From the NCBI RefSeq assembly GCF_009914755.1, contig NC_060947.1: DNA of 64,000 nucleotides. One strand, given 5' to 3'. The notes under the pieces were generated by a model. The model had not been told where the DNA came from and did no database searches. It saw only the letters and a list, made by a program, of their open reading frames with translations. Position 1 is the stretch's first letter. Every line of letters begins with the position of its first letter. Made by a program: the position numbers and the translations under genes. The stretch comes from the human T2T-CHM13v2.0 reference genome, Homo sapiens. This document shows positions 42,992 through 61,884 of this stretch, in pieces.

Positions 42992-42999
42992 TAATCTAA

Positions 43000-43583
43000 A
43001 CCAGAGGTAATTGTGCCCCCACCAGGGGCATTTGGCCATGTTTGGAGACACTGTTGGTTGTCATGACAGAAGAAGGCAAGTTATTGACCTCTGGGGGTTG
43101 ATACCGGAGATGTTGCTAAACATTCTGCAAAGCACAAGACAGCTACACAACAAATAATCATCCCATCCTGTTATGAACGGAATGCTGTGTTCACCCCAAA
43201 TTTATGGGATGAAGATCTAATCACCAGAGTGATGATATTAGAAGGTGTGGCTTTGGGGACATAATTAGGGTTAGATGATGTTATGATAGTTGGATCGTCT
43301 TAATAGAATTACTGCCCTTATAAGAAGAGACCAGGGTGGTGTGTTTTCTCCCTCTCTGTCTCTCTCTCTCCCCCTGTATCATGTGAAGATACAATTAGAA
43401 AGTAGCCACATGCAAACCAGGAACCCAACCATACTAGCTTTCCAACCTCTGATTTCCAGTCTCCCAAATTGTGAGAAATAAATGTTGGTGGTTGAAGCCT
43501 CCCAGTCTGTGGTATTTTGTTATAGCAGCACGTGCTGACAGAGACACTGCCAATGTGAATGGTGCTGAAATGAGGAAGCCCTG
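43000..43583. mobile_element. MER20-like DNA transposon with nested MLT1A-like LTR (~43169-43545)
   Basis: GGGGCATTTGGCCATGTTTGGAGACA..TGCTAAACAT..; LTR TGTTATG..GTGGTATTTTGTTATAGCAGC..GACA; MER20 resumes AATGGTGCTGAAATGAGGAAGCCCTG. Confidence 0.72.
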
Positions 43584-45846
43584 AGCTAGACTCTTCTGCA
43601 GGGTCTTCAGATAGGTGCAGGGCAAAGACCAAAACTTAGATACCCTCACCTCAAAAGAAGTCAGGGGAACATAATACAACGGGGTCAGCAGCTTATGGGT
43701 AGAAACTAGAGAATCCCTGGGGCACCTCATGATTCTCTGGTGGTCTTCATTAGTGGTTTGTTGAAGAACAGAAGTATTCGTATTTAACAATGGACGGCTG
43801 GCCCTACTCAGCAGGCAAAGATGCTATCAAACCCAATGAATCTGAAGCTGCAGGATACATGAGCTGGGTATAAAAGTGAGGCAGGGAGGGGTATCAAAAA
43901 TGTCAGCCACTGCCCCCTGTCTAGACAGAGAAGCAAGGAGAGTTGTCTGCTTCAATTCCTTTCTTGCATCTGGGCTAATAAATCTCAACTTGTTTTCTTT
44001 TTAGAGATGGATAATAAATAGTCATCATTCATCAAAATGATGGGCTTCCCTATTAGAGATTGGGTGCACCAGAGGCTGAATGTACTCATACACCTTGGCT
44101 TATAAGGATGGTCTTAAAATGGGTCAGGGGAGGCATAGAGTCATGGGGCTGAGTCTTCATGACGTCATCTCTTCCCTGTGAAAATGTTTGTACACTTCTT
44201 TTTATTGATTTTATTTATTTTTTGCCACTGGCCAATGTGGATTATACAGGCTTCAAAGCCACCCTTTAAGAGATGCGGGATCTCCCAGTGTACACCAATG
44301 GTGGGCATTCCATCCTGGGGTGTGTGGATTTCTGTGTTGAATGATAGTGCAATATGGTAGAGCATCTAGGCCCACTCTGTTGTATTCTATCATCTGGAGT
44401 CCCCTGGAATCCCCTTAACACCCATTTCTGAGATTAAGCAACAAGAAAAGATGTGGAGAGAGGGACTCCTGCTGCCTTGCACCTCTAGTCATCAGAGAGT
44501 TGTTTACTGCAAGACTTCCAGTCACTTGGCATGGGTTTCAAGAACAAATAGATCCATTTAGATAAATAAATCATATCAGTATAATCAAACACCTAGTTTG
44601 GGTGATGAGACAGTAGTTTACATAAGAGATGATTGATAGCAGCCTGAAAGCTTCCCTGATTAATAAGGATCTTCATTTGTGCTTTTCAATGAGAAAGTCT
44701 TTAAATTAATTAAAGAGGCTTTAGGAGGGGAAGGAATGCTTGCCAGCTTTAGAAGGCTTTGACTTTTCTATCCATATTCTCCATAAGACACATTATTGCA
44801 AATTTGTTTTTGTAAACACCCACTCTTTATGCCATAAATATTCAACCCTCGTTTATGCGTTTGCATCTGGCAAGTGGTAGAGGGAGCCCCAGAGGCTCTC
44901 TCTCTCCTCATTAAGGAGCTCAAGTGGAAGCAGGAGCAATTTGTCATTGTCTAAAGTGGGAAGACCTTGAAATGAGTCCTGCTTTCATGAGGAACCTGCT
45001 AGAAAGACCAGCCAGGCTTTGAACAAGCACATAGGGAGGGCAGCAGGGCTGCAGCTCCTGTGTGTCCAATATAGACAGAATTCCATGTCAAAATACAGAC
45101 ACATCAGTTTCCCTTGTCTAAGGGGATCATTGCCTTTTCTGACAGTATTGGTGTTGACTAGGTTGACCATGGACCAGGATGGCTTCATGGATGGGGTAAG
45201 AGTTGAGGGGGTTATGGATAGACGGGGAGAGATGACATCACTAAGAATGGGTGTTTTGGGGGGATCAATATGACCAAATGTACATTGAGTGAGGGGGCTA
45301 CTCACCTCACCAACCTCCAATCTTCTTCCCGACTTATATTCCTTCATATCATCTGTTACCGGGGAATAAACTTTAAATTTTACCTCTCACTGTTGTTCTT
45401 CACCAACACATGAGATGGATGAGCTCAAGCATGCTCCTGTTTTGTTCAGCATGATATTTTCCTCTTGTAGATACTCCATAAATTGTACTCAATAAATGCC
45501 CAGTCAACGTTTTTGAATTATTTAATGAATGAGCAGGTAGAAATGCAAAATAGTGGCCGAGGAGGGTGACCCCGAGGTAATCCAAGGAGAAGAGGTTTCG
45601 GCATGGTTTTCAGATGTGGTATTGTTGAAAAGGCAAGACTGGGTTGGGCCCCAGAGTGAGTAATATGCTGTGCCATGAAATTTAGGATTTATATCGAGGC
45701 CAGAAATAGCAAATACGTTTTGAGTTGTGGGTGAACTCTGAGCACTTGCCAGGTATAGTGATGGGGGTGGTTGGCAAAAGCCATGTGAGATCCCACTGGA
45801 TCCAATGCGTAAAAGGATGGCTTGGGGTTAATAATGAGGGGGCTTT

Positions 45847-46254
<408 letters not shown>

Positions 46255-46814
46255 CTAAAATAGGCAGAGATGGGGAAGGAAATCCTTGGGGGAGGCCCAG
46301 GCATTAGTCCAACCAGGAGCACTAAGGGCCAGAACCAGAACATGTTACTTGGCCTGAGTGTGACTTCTGGTGTAAGAAAAACAGACCCTGAAGGTCTTTG
46401 TGACACTTTAGTTTCTCCTTCTAAAGAAATGTGTGTTTATTTTACAGATACAAAGGATAACCACATTAATTCTGAGGCAGTTTTCCAAAGTATTATAATG
46501 ATCCCAACAAGAAAATGGCATTTCAGTTCAAATGTTACTGAGTGCCAGGGAAACGGTTAGATACTCAGGCTGTGGAACTGGGTTGGTTGCAGGGCTCAGG
46601 ATCCAGAGACAAGGAAGGCAGCATCACAAGTCAGCCACTCATAAATGCAACGTTATAAGAGTCCCAATTTCTTTTTGAGGTTTGTTCCAATCAACAGCAA
46701 CTGAAACACAACTCAGACTAAGTTAGGCAAAGAAAGAAGATTGTTGACCTAATATAACTGTGAGATCCTACGATGGAGCTGACCTCAGGATTCCCAAGGA
46801 CTTAAGAAATCTCT

Positions 46815-46822
46815 AGATAGAG

Positions 46823-46865
<43 letters not shown>

Positions 46866-47312
46866 GACATAGATAGAGAAAAAATAGATATAGATAGAAT
46901 AAATAGATGATAGATAAATACATAGGATAGATAGATAAATAGATAGCTAGATGATACATAATATATATAGATATGTAGTTATTTAATAGATACATAAAAT
47001 AGGTAGATAGATAAATAAGATGGATAGATACGTAATTGATAGATAACTAGGACAGATAGATACATAATAGATACATTGATACACAGGATAGATAAATGAT
47101 AGGTAGATAGATAAGATGGATAGATACATAATAGATACATAGGATGGATAGATAGATAGAATAAGATGGATGATAGATAGATAGAATAAGATGGATGATA
47201 GATAGATAGAATAAGATGGATGATAGATAGATAGATAGAATAAGATGGATGATAGATAGATAGATAGATAGAATAAGATGGATGATAGATAGATAGATAG
47301 AATAAGATGGAT

Positions 47313-47365
<53 letters not shown>

Positions 47366-47445
47366 GATAGATGATGGGTAGATGGATAGATGGATAGATA
47401 GACAGGATAGATGATAGATAGATAATAGATAGATAGATGGAATAA
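46815..47445. repeat. Compound (GATA)n/(GATG) tract with AGAATAAGATGGATGATAGAT higher-order units
   Basis: Direct reading. Confidence 0.95.
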
Positions 47446-47489
47446 ATATCATATAACTGCATAAAGAAATGTATGGAAATAAGCAAATA

Positions 47490-47832
47490 ATCATGACTTC
47501 AATAAGATGGAAGTTTGCTTCTCTCTGATATGATAGGAGGCCAGAACAAGGGGTCCAAGTTGTTGTACAGATTCAAGATGTCAGACATCCTCCATGTTGT
47601 GCCTCCACCATTTTAGTATGTGACTTTCTACTCATGGTTCAATATGGTGACATGGTCTCCAGCCCTCACATCTCCATTGCAGCTAGCAGCAAAAGGAGAG
47701 GGAAGAGTTCACGTTCACTTTTTTAAGAAATTAAGGAGATTTTTACGGTCTTAATACATTCCTACTTACTTCCCATGAGCTCAAAGTTCATCATACTGTC
47801 ACACAGAGCTGCAAGGGAGTCTAGGAAAAACA
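47490..47832. mobile_element. Old MaLR (MLT1I/J-like) LTR fragment
   Basis: CTCCAGCCCTCACATCTCCATT..GCTGCAAGGGAGTCTAGGAAA. Confidence 0.5.
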
Positions 47833-48606
47833 GTCTGAAAAAGTAGAGGTGGACAGCTTCTCAGGGATCCCCCAAGTTCTGGTCACTCTCTCAACTCTCT
47901 GCTTCTCTCTGTGTTCCAGACTAGATTCTCTTGGAAAAAGTCTTGGAAGATAGGATGGAAAAAAAAATCCAGCTGCTGAGGCTATAGATTTAGAGTCTGA
48001 GCTTCTCCCACCTTCTCTCAGTCTTTGCTGATCAAATTCAAGGGAAGGGTTAATTAGCCTGTCTTGCACCATATGTCTATCTCTGGGATAATCTCTGCAC
48101 CTGAGAAAGGCTGGCTTCTCAGAACAGATGATTTTGTTGTTGTTGTTGTTGTTGTTAAACTTTAAAAGATGAATCAGATGTTACAATGACTCAGGGCTGG
48201 GCAGGCAAAGTCAGGGAACTAGGAAATTGATGATGGAGGCAGAGATTGAGGTGTTGGGTGTGAGGTGATGAAGTACAGACAGAGAGGCCACATCTTTCCA
48301 TGTGTGAATTTATGAAAGATCTCAGACACTTAGGTAAGGATCCTGAACTGTTCTCTGCAGTTGATGAGAAACCACCAACATTGTGTGACCAGTCATGTCC
48401 ACATTTATGCTTATACATATTAAATAGGTCTAAATGTGTTTAGACCTATTACCTTGGAACCCATGCATAGGATGGATCAGAAGGGATGGCACTGAAGGTG
48501 GAAGCCTGGAGCCTCTGGCATGGGATGGATGGTGGTAATGGAATCTTTGAACCTGGAGCATGGAGTGGGAAGGAAGAAGTGAGAAGGCATTCAAAGTCAC
48601 CAGTAA

Positions 48607-48900
48607 GGCTGGGCACCATGGCTCACACCTGTAATCCCAGCAGTTTGAGAGGGCAAGACAGGCAGATCACTTGAGCTCAGGAGTTCAAGACCAGCCTGGG
48701 CAACATGGCGAGACCCCACCTCTATTAAAAATAAAAAAATAGACAAGAGTGGTGGTGTGTGCCTGTGGTCCTAGCTACTAGGGAAGATGAGGTGGGAGGA
48801 TCACTTAAGCCCAGGTGGTGGAGATTGCAGTGAGCTGAGATTGTGCCACTGCACTCCAGCCCAGGTGACAGAGCGAGACATTGTCTCAAACAAACAAACA
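48607..48900 (+). mobile_element. Alu (AluJ-like)
   Basis: CACTTGAGCTCAGGAG, GGGAGGATCACTTAAGCCCAGG. Confidence 0.92.
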
Positions 48901-48959
48901 AATTAAAATAACACACACACACACAAAGAAACAAACAAACAAAAATAACAGTCACCACA

Positions 48960-49745
48960 GAAGCAAACTGTTGTGTCTCTTTGATGTTGAGGGAAGAATC
49001 AAACGTGACTTCAGGGCTCTAACCTGAAAAGTTGAGTGGGAAACAAACTCCCAATAAAAGAACATAAATTATGTCTGGGGGAGAAAAGAAGACAAAGTTG
49101 AGTTCAGCCTTTGCTTTATTGATTCTTCTTCTGAAGGGGGTTCTTCTAAAACAAGGAGTCACATTTAGCCTTTGCTAGTTCTTCTCCTCTTCCCAAAGGG
49201 GTTTTTCTAAATGTTGGGCTGAACTAGGGCTCAAACATAAGCTTCCTTCTCTCTCCGGGGGATCTCACTCAGCTCCAAGACTTGACACATCCACTCAAAA
49301 TCCTAAATTCCTATCTCTGGATTTGACATCTTTTCTCTATTTCAGATTCAGCATGTAACTGTATCCTCAACTTCTCAGCTCAGGAAAATGATTAGGGTTT
49401 TCAAGTTAACCCATCCCAAACCATCTGGACAGCCTTCACTGGATTCACCACCACCCCTGACAAGTGTTTTGGCAGAAGATTTTGGAAACTTTGAACTCTC
49501 CTTTCTCTCATCTCCCCCTTATACAATTCATTGGCAAGTCTCTTGAATGACCTCAAACATTTGTCAAAATGGATCAGATTTTCCTGCCTTTGCCTTCTTC
49601 GCCCTGATGCATGACGTATGTCATCTGGATCATGGCCACATCCTCTTGATTGATCTTTTGGCTTCTGTCCTGGTTTCTGCTTTGATCCTGGAATTATTCT
49701 TAAGCAGAGAAATCTTTTTAAAATGGAGATGATTTTTAGCTTGTG
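48960..49745. mobile_element. Degraded L2-like fragments
   Basis: Purine-rich AATCAAACGTGACTTCAGG.. followed by an opposite-orientation CTCCTTTCTCTCATCTCCC..ATTGGCAAGTC segment. Confidence 0.45.
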
Positions 49746-50427
49746 GCCCTCATCCCTTCCTATTGACTAAATAGCAGTTTCCCAAAATTTGTATGTTGAA
49801 GGCCTAACCCCTACTGGTTATGTCCCTCCAAAATGCACCATACTGAAGCCCTAATCCCCAATGGGATGATATTAGGAGGTGAAGTCTCTGGAGGTGATGA
49901 GGTTTAGATGAGGTCATGAGGATGGGACCTTCATGATGGGATTAGTATCCTTATAAGAAGAGCAAGAGACACAAAAGCTCTCTCTCTATCTCTTTCTCTC
50001 TCTGAAGGCACCATCTGTGAACCAGCAAGAGAACCCCCTCCAGCCAATAAATCTGCCATGCCTCGAACTCGGACTTTCCCATCTCCAGAACTATGAGAAA
50101 TCAATGGCTGTTACTTAAGCCACCCAGTCTATGATTTTTGTTATGGCAACCCAAGCTGACTAAGACATCCCTCATGCCACTCAAAACCCTCCAATAATTT
50201 CACATCAAAGTTGGAATACAATCTGACTACTTCCCTATGGCTTCTTTGTAACTCTGTCCCTGGCAACTTGCTCCAATTGGGACTCTGCGGTCCCAATAAA
50301 AGAATGTAAATTATGTCTGGGGGAGAAAATAAAACAAAGTTGAGTTCAGCCTTGGCTTTATTGATTCTTCTTCTGAAGGGGGTTCTTCTAAAACAAGGAG
50401 TCACATTTAGCCTTTGCTGGTTCTTCT
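49049..50427. repeat. 137-bp dispersed direct duplication (49049-49185 and 50291-50427)
   Basis: TCCCAATAAAAGAA..TTTAGCCTTTGCT.GTTCTTCT; 6 mismatches by manual alignment. Confidence 0.93.
49760..50167 (+). mobile_element. MLT1A/MST-like LTR
   Basis: GTTTAGATGAGGTCATGAG..TTAAGCCACCCAGTCTATG..CTGACTAAGACA. Confidence 0.75.
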
Positions 50428-50502
50428 TTGCTACCTCCTTGGGCGTCCCCCCAGTCATGCCAAATTCATTCCTGTTGCAGACCTCCAGCACATTACTCCT
50501 TC

Positions 50503-51033
50503 TGTGAGTGTCCTGTGGCCGCCATCACCAATGATCATGTTCGTATTGGCTTAAAGCAACACAAATGTATTGTCTTACAGTGTTGTAGGTTTGAAGCCCA
50601 CTCTAGGTCTCACTGGCCTAAAACCAAGGTGTCAGCAAAACTTCCCTCTTGATGCAAGTTCTGGGGGAGAATCAGTTTCTTTGCCATTTCCTACTTCTAG
50701 AGGCATGTTTCTAGAATATTCCTTGGCTCCTGGACCCTTCCTCCATCTTCGAAGCCAGTACTGCAGCATCTTCTAATCTTTCTGTGACTCTGACCTTTGC
50801 TTTTGTCCTAACAACACCTCCTCTGGCTCTGGCACTCCTGCCTGCCTCTTACAAAGATCCTGTGATGACCTTAGACCCACCTAGATAATCCAGGGTCATT
50901 TCATCTCATGATTCTTAAACTAATCACATCTGCAAAATCTTTTTAGCCATGAAAGGTTTTTACAGATTTCTGGAATTAGGATGTGGATGTTTTTTTTTGA
51001 GGGGGGGCAGGGGGCGCTTACTCTGTCAACCAC
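50503..51033 (-). mobile_element. MLT1C/D-like LTR
   Basis: GGCTTAAAGCAACACAAATGTATTGTCTTACAG..TAATCACATCTGCAAA..ATTAGGATGTGGA. Confidence 0.75.
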
Positions 51034-51750
51034 ATGGGGATTAGGATGTAGACATCCTTGGGGCCATTATTCTGTCTACTACCTAGTATTAGGACATGGA
51101 CGTCTTTGGGACCATTATTCTCTGTACCACATGAGGATTAGGACATGGGCATCTTTGGGACCATTATTCTGTCTACCACATGGGGATTAGGACGTGGACA
51201 TCTTTGAGGTCATTATTCTGTCTGCTGCATGAGAATTAGGACATAGACGTTGTTTGGGGCCATTATTCTACTACATGAGGATGAGGATGTGGATATCTTT
51301 CATGCTATCATGCTGTCTACTACATGAAGATAAGGATGTGGGCATCTTTGGGACCATTATTCTGTCTACCACATGAGGATTAGGAAGTGGACGTCTTGGA
51401 ATCCATTATTCGGCCTACCCCATGGGATTAGAATGTGGACATCTTTAGGGCCATTATACTGTCTACCTCACGGGGATTAGGATGTGGACATCTTTAGGGC
51501 CATTATTCTGTCTACCACATGGGGAATAGGATGTTGGTAACATCTTTAGGGCCATTATTCTGTCTCCCACATGAGGATTAGGATGTGGACATCTCTGGGG
51601 ACATTATTCTGTCTACCACATGGGGAATAGGATGTTGGTAACATTTTTAGGGCCATTATTCTGTCTCCCACATGGGGATTAGGACATGGATATCTTTGGG
51701 GCCATTATTCTGTCTACCCCTAGATAATTAGAACTTGGACATCTTTGGTG
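50975..51750. repeat. ~49-bp VNTR (~16 copies) derived from the MLT1 LTR terminus
   Basis: GGATTAGGATGTGGACATCTTT.GGGCCATTATTCTGTCTACCACATG repeated. Confidence 0.92.
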
Positions 51751-52222
51751 AAATCACTTTGTCTTCCTCCTTTCTTATTCTTAGAATTCTCCTAGTAACA
51801 AGCTGCTTCTTCCTCAACTTCTTCTTCCTCAGCATTCCTATGGGGCCTCCAACACTCACCAGGCAGCTCCCTGACTGCATTACCCGAGATTGTATTTGGC
51901 CAAGATTCTCTGCTTTCTCTTGGTACCTCCAAGCAGGATGGAAGCTTTAGAGGGCAGTGTCTTTGTTACTCTTTCTTATTCTAATTGTTTATTCTTATTT
52001 ATTGACGTGTCTCCTGCTTTCAAGGCAGACTCCCACCCATTAGGTCTTCTATATACAATTAAATTTACCTAGAAAATATTTCCTTCTTATTTAAAGCTTT
52101 TTAAAAGTAAATTTCAAAATTGCTATATCATGTTACAAATTCACGTGCCTCCCGTGAAGAATACATTTGCAAAATAAATGATGTCTTGAGACTAAATGAA
52201 TTTTCAATGAAGATTTTAGAGA

Positions 52223-52644
<422 letters not shown>

Positions 52645-52909
52645 TGAATAATAACCCATTTCCCCCCAAAATAGAAAAGGGAACTATTTCCCCCTGCTCT
52701 TTGAGGGAACTGAATAAATAGTAAATGAAGTTCTGTCTGTACAGGAAGCGTGGGTACTTGGCATTACATCCAGAAAAGTAAGGACATGAGTGTTTTCTTC
52801 CAAACGAATGACATGTTTAAAAACCATCATCACCACCCTCTCTGTGATTGCAGATTTTGCGTGCATTTTAATCATTGGGTGCCAGAAGCAAATTTCCATG
52901 TGAGCACGC

Positions 52910-53236
52910 CCTCTTTCTTCTTCTCCTCCCGCTCCTCCTGCTCCTCCCGCTCCTCCTCCTCCTTCTTTTCTCCTTCTCCTTCTCCTTCTTCTTCCTCTTC
53001 TTCCTCTTCCTCCTCTCCCTCCTCTGCTTCTTCTCCTTCTTCTCCTTCTCCCTCTTCTCCCTCTTCCTCTTCTTCCTCCTCTCCTTCTCCCTTTTCCCCT
53101 TCCCCATCCCCTTCCACTTCCCCTTCCCCTTCCCCTTCCTCCTCCTTCTCCTCCTCCTCCTCCTCTTCTTCTTCTTTTTCTTCTTCTTCTTCTTCCTTTT
53201 CTTCTTCTTCTTCTTCTTCTTCTTCTTCTTCTTCTT

Positions 53237-53270
<34 letters not shown>

Positions 53271-53305
53271 CTCCTTCTTGTTTTCCTTCTCCTTCTCCTT
53301 CTTCA
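52910..53305. repeat. (CTT)n/(CCT)n tract at an L1 tail
   Basis: Perfect CTT run ~53200-53265. Confidence 0.95.
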
Positions 53306-53782
53306 CTTCAAGTTATGGGATACATGTGCAGAATGTTTCAAGTTATGGGATACACGTGCAGAACATGCAGGTTTGTTACATAGGTATACATGTGCCATGG
53401 TGGTTTGCTGCACCCATCAACCCATCACCTAGGTTTTAAGCCCTGCATGCTTTATGTACTTGTCCTAATGCTCTCCCTCACCTTTCCCCCAACCCCCAGA
53501 CAGGCCCTGGTGTGTGATGTTCCCCTCTCTGTGTCCATGTGTTCTCACTGTTCAACTCCCTCTTATGAGTGAGAACATGTGGTGTTTGGTTTTCTGTACC
53601 TGTGTTAGTTTGCTGAAAATGATGGCTTCCAGCTTCATCCATGTCCCTGCAAAGGACATGAACACATCCTTTTTTACGGCTGCATAGTATTCCATGGTGT
53701 CTATGTGCCACATTTACTTTATTCAGTCTATCACTGATGGGCATTTGGGTTGGTTCCAAGTCTTTGCTGTTGTAAATAGCAG
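53306..53782 (-). mobile_element. 5'-truncated L1PA 3' end with 30-bp terminal tandem duplication
   Basis: TTCAAGTTATGGGATACA.GTGCAGAA twice; ORF 53478-53759 minus is L1-derived. Confidence 0.92.
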
Positions 53783-53987
53783 CATGTCCTCCGATTCAAC
53801 AATGAGAACATTGTCCACTGTTCTGTTCAGGCCTACGGAAAGGTCCCAGGCTGCTAAGACAATCTCGAATTCTCTCAACACCCCACAGTTTGTCAATACT
53901 GGAGATATTCTGGTGATTTTTTTTTGGGGGGGGGAAAGTGGCTGTTTATATATCACAAGGTTTCTTGATTACAAAAACAGTCAACTA

Positions 53988-54301
<314 letters not shown>

Positions 54302-54617
54302 TCAGCTCTACAAGTATAAAACAGTCAGCTCTACAAGTGTAAGAGGAAGGAACCACACCATGTCACAGTCAGTCGGATGACCACTGGCTCTGAAGGAGGA
54401 AAAACACTCAGCTCTCTACCTACCTGCTCTCTCTCCCCATTCCTGTTACATAGATTACTTCTTTCCTCCCCAGGTACACTGGAGGGTCAGGGTCTTCCCT
54501 TCTTCCTTCTATTTAAATAAAACAATATGAGAAAACTGCTTGACAGGTGGTTCCAAGCATCAGTGGGGTGAAGAAACAATATTCTTCGTGATGCGGGTAA
54601 CACCAGGAAAAAAAAAA

Positions 54618-55628
<1,011 letters not shown>

Positions 55629-55629
55629 T

Positions 55630-55758
55630 TTTTGGTTTTTGGTTTGTTTGTTTGTTTTTGTTGTGTTTGTTTGTTTGTTTGAGACAGAGTCTCTGCCTCT
55701 GTCACTCAGGCCAGAGTACAGTGGTGCAATCTTGGCTCACTGCAACCTCCACCTCCCA
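55630..55758 (-). mobile_element. Alu right-arm fragment
   Basis: (GTTT)n tail, GAGACAGAGTCT..CAACCTCCACCTCCCAG. Confidence 0.88.
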
Positions 55759-55804
55759 GAAAAAGAAAGCAAACACGGCATGCAGCATCAGCTTTCTAGA
55801 AGAC

Positions 55805-56763
55805 GCTGGAGCTTCTGGTGGGTGGACCATGCTGGAGCTTCTGGTGGGTAGACCTGGTGGAGCTTCTGGTGGGTAAATAATGCTGGAGCTTCTGGTGAGT
55901 AGACCAGGGTGGAGCTTCTGGTGGGTAAATTATGCTGGAGCTTCTGGTGGGTAAATCATGCTGGAGCTTCTGGTGGGTGGACCATGCTGGGGCTTCTGGT
56001 GGCTAAATAATGCTGAAGCTTCTGGTGGGTGGACCATGGTGGAGCTTCTGGTGGGTGAACCATGCTGGAGCTTCTGGTGGGTAAATCATGCTGGAGCCTC
56101 TGGTGGGTAAATCATGCTGGACCCTCTGGTGGATAAATCATGCTGGAGCTTCTGGTAGGTGGACTATGGTGGAGCTTCTGGTGGATGGATCATGCTGGAG
56201 CTTCTGGTGAGTAGACCATGGTGGGAGATTCTGGGGGGTAAATTATGCTGGAGCTTCTGGTGGGTGGACCATAGTGGAGCTTCTGATGGGTGGACCATGC
56301 TGAAGCTTCTGGTGGGTGGACCATGGTGGAGCTTCTGATGGGTGGACCATGGTGGAGCTTCTGGGGGGTAAATTATGCTGGAGCTTCTGGTGGGTGGACC
56401 ATGGTGGAGCTTCTGGGGGGTAAATTATGCTGGAGCTTCTGGTGGGTGGACTATGGTGGAGCTTCTGGTGGATGGACCATGCTGGAGCTTCTGGTGAGTA
56501 GACCATGGTGGGAGCTTCTGGGGGGTAAATTATGCTGGAGCTTCTGGTGGGTGGACCATAGTGGAGCTTCTGATGGGTGGACCATGCTGGAGCTTCTGGT
56601 GGGTGGACCATAGTGGAGCTTCTGGGGGGTAAATTATGCTGGAGCTTCTGGTGGGTGGACCATGGTGGAGCTTCTGGTGGGTGGATCATGCTGGAGCTTC
56701 TGGGGGGTGGATCATGCTGGAGCTTCTGGTGGGTAAATCATTCTGGAGCCTCTGGTGGGTGGG
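55805..56763. repeat. 26-bp G-rich VNTR, ~37 copies
   Basis: GCTGGAGCTTCTGGTGGGTGGACCAT with TAAATTAT/TAAATCAT variant units. Confidence 0.96.
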
Positions 56764-57260
56764 GTATCCACACAACTGTGGATGCCCATAGATAGTGCGG
56801 ACTTCACCCCATGTTCCAGAAACCTGCAAAGAGGCAAGGAGGCCACGCGCCCCATACATTCTTTTCGGCGACTTAATACTCCCACAGCACGCTGTGTGTT
56901 TCCCCAAAAATGACATCAGCCAATTACACTTTCAAATCAAATGCCTTCCCGATGGGTGAAACTGGAAATGTGAAAACACTTTAATTCTCGGATAATGTAA
57001 TGGTTTACATCTGGGGCTCTTCAGGCAGCCCACGGCTCGTTCACGTTGCTCCCTTCCAAGAAATGTTTGCAGTATGTGTCTTGTTTAATAACGATTTAAC
57101 CACGGAAAATAAATGCTTTCCTCTTAGGCGTCCACCTGTCTATCACCCAGAGTCTGGGAGGACGGCCCTTCTTTTCAACGGGATTTGCCAGGCCAGTCTC
57201 CATGAATCATTTGACAAAAACCTCTAACGGTTTCCTTTTTTTTTTTTTTAACACTTAAGC

Positions 57261-58728
<1,468 letters not shown>

Positions 58729-58749
58729 TAAATAGCAGAATCCCCCTCA

Positions 58750-59604
<855 letters not shown>

Positions 59605-59925
59605 CTACGCCGTTCCTCCTCGGGGAACACATGGGCAGAGGCTGCACCGGGAAGGCCCCCAGCCGTTGCAGGGTGAGTAATTTCCGAGCGTGCAATTATA
59701 AAGAACCGGAGTGCAGCAGCTCCCCAAGGCACCCCCGGATTCCCGCAGTGTGCACGTAATTGCAGCCAGACAGTAACCTCGCTGTGGCCTGTGTCCCAGC
59801 CCTAACCCCGCACCCCGCTTGGCGCTCCCACATATGGGACAATTTTCCAAGCTGATTGCTGGAAACTGATGAAGGGAAGTTATGTGGTCTCTTGTGACGG
59901 GCGGTCCCACAGCTGCTCTGGTCGG

Positions 59926-60091
59926 AAAGAGAGAGAGAGAGAGGAGAGAGAGAGAGACAGACAGAGGGAGAGGGGAGAGAGAGACAGACAGAGAGGAGAG
60001 AGAGAAAGAGGGGAGAGAGAGAGACAGAGACAGAGAGAGGGGAGAGAGAGAGACAGAGAGAGAGGGGAGAGAGAGAGACAGAGAGAGAGGG

Positions 60092-60122
<31 letters not shown>

Positions 60123-60205
60123 CAGAGACAGAGGGGAGAGAGAGAGAAAGGGGAGAGAGAGAGACAGAGGAGAGAGAGAGACAGAGAGAGATACAGAGAG
60201 AGAGA
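59926..60205. repeat. (GA)n/(GACA) tract
   Basis: Direct reading. Confidence 0.95.
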
Positions 60206-60472
60206 CCCTGGAAGGTATTTTCTCTGTGCTCCAATTCCAGGGCATATTTTGGAAGAAAAGGGATCATGCTGGTGGTTTTGCGGAAGGTCAGTGCCAGAGT
60301 TGAGGAAGAGGAAGATGTCACTTTGGCAACTCATTGTCAAGTTCTCCAAAAATCAGGGAGGTGGGGAGCTGGAGTCAGGGAGGGAGGAGAGGAGGAAGCA
60401 ACAGCCACCCACACAGGGAAGGATCTCTCCTCTCTTCCTCTCCATCTGCCACACCGTGACCCCATCCCTTGA

Positions 60473-61348
<876 letters not shown>

Positions 61349-61555
61349 TTATCTTTACTTTATGGAGAGAAATACGCAATTTCTACGTAGTGCTTTTGTT
61401 TTAAAATGCAGCTTGATCCTCAGACCATGAGAGGCAGGCATTTTACAGAAGAGACATCAGAACTTTCTAGAAGGTGGGTGATTGTTCAGTGCCTCTTCAG
61501 AGAACAAGTTGCAAAACCGAGGAAATTGCAACTTCTGAGCCTAAATTCAAGGGTT

Positions 61556-61884
<329 letters not shown>

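Noticed and set aside
52750-53439. Ser/Pro-rich 229-aa ORF
   Set aside because: (CTT)n/(CCT)n tract fused to antisense L1 3'UTR.
59799-59812. Telomere-like CCCTAACCC
   Set aside because: Single unit; expected by chance.
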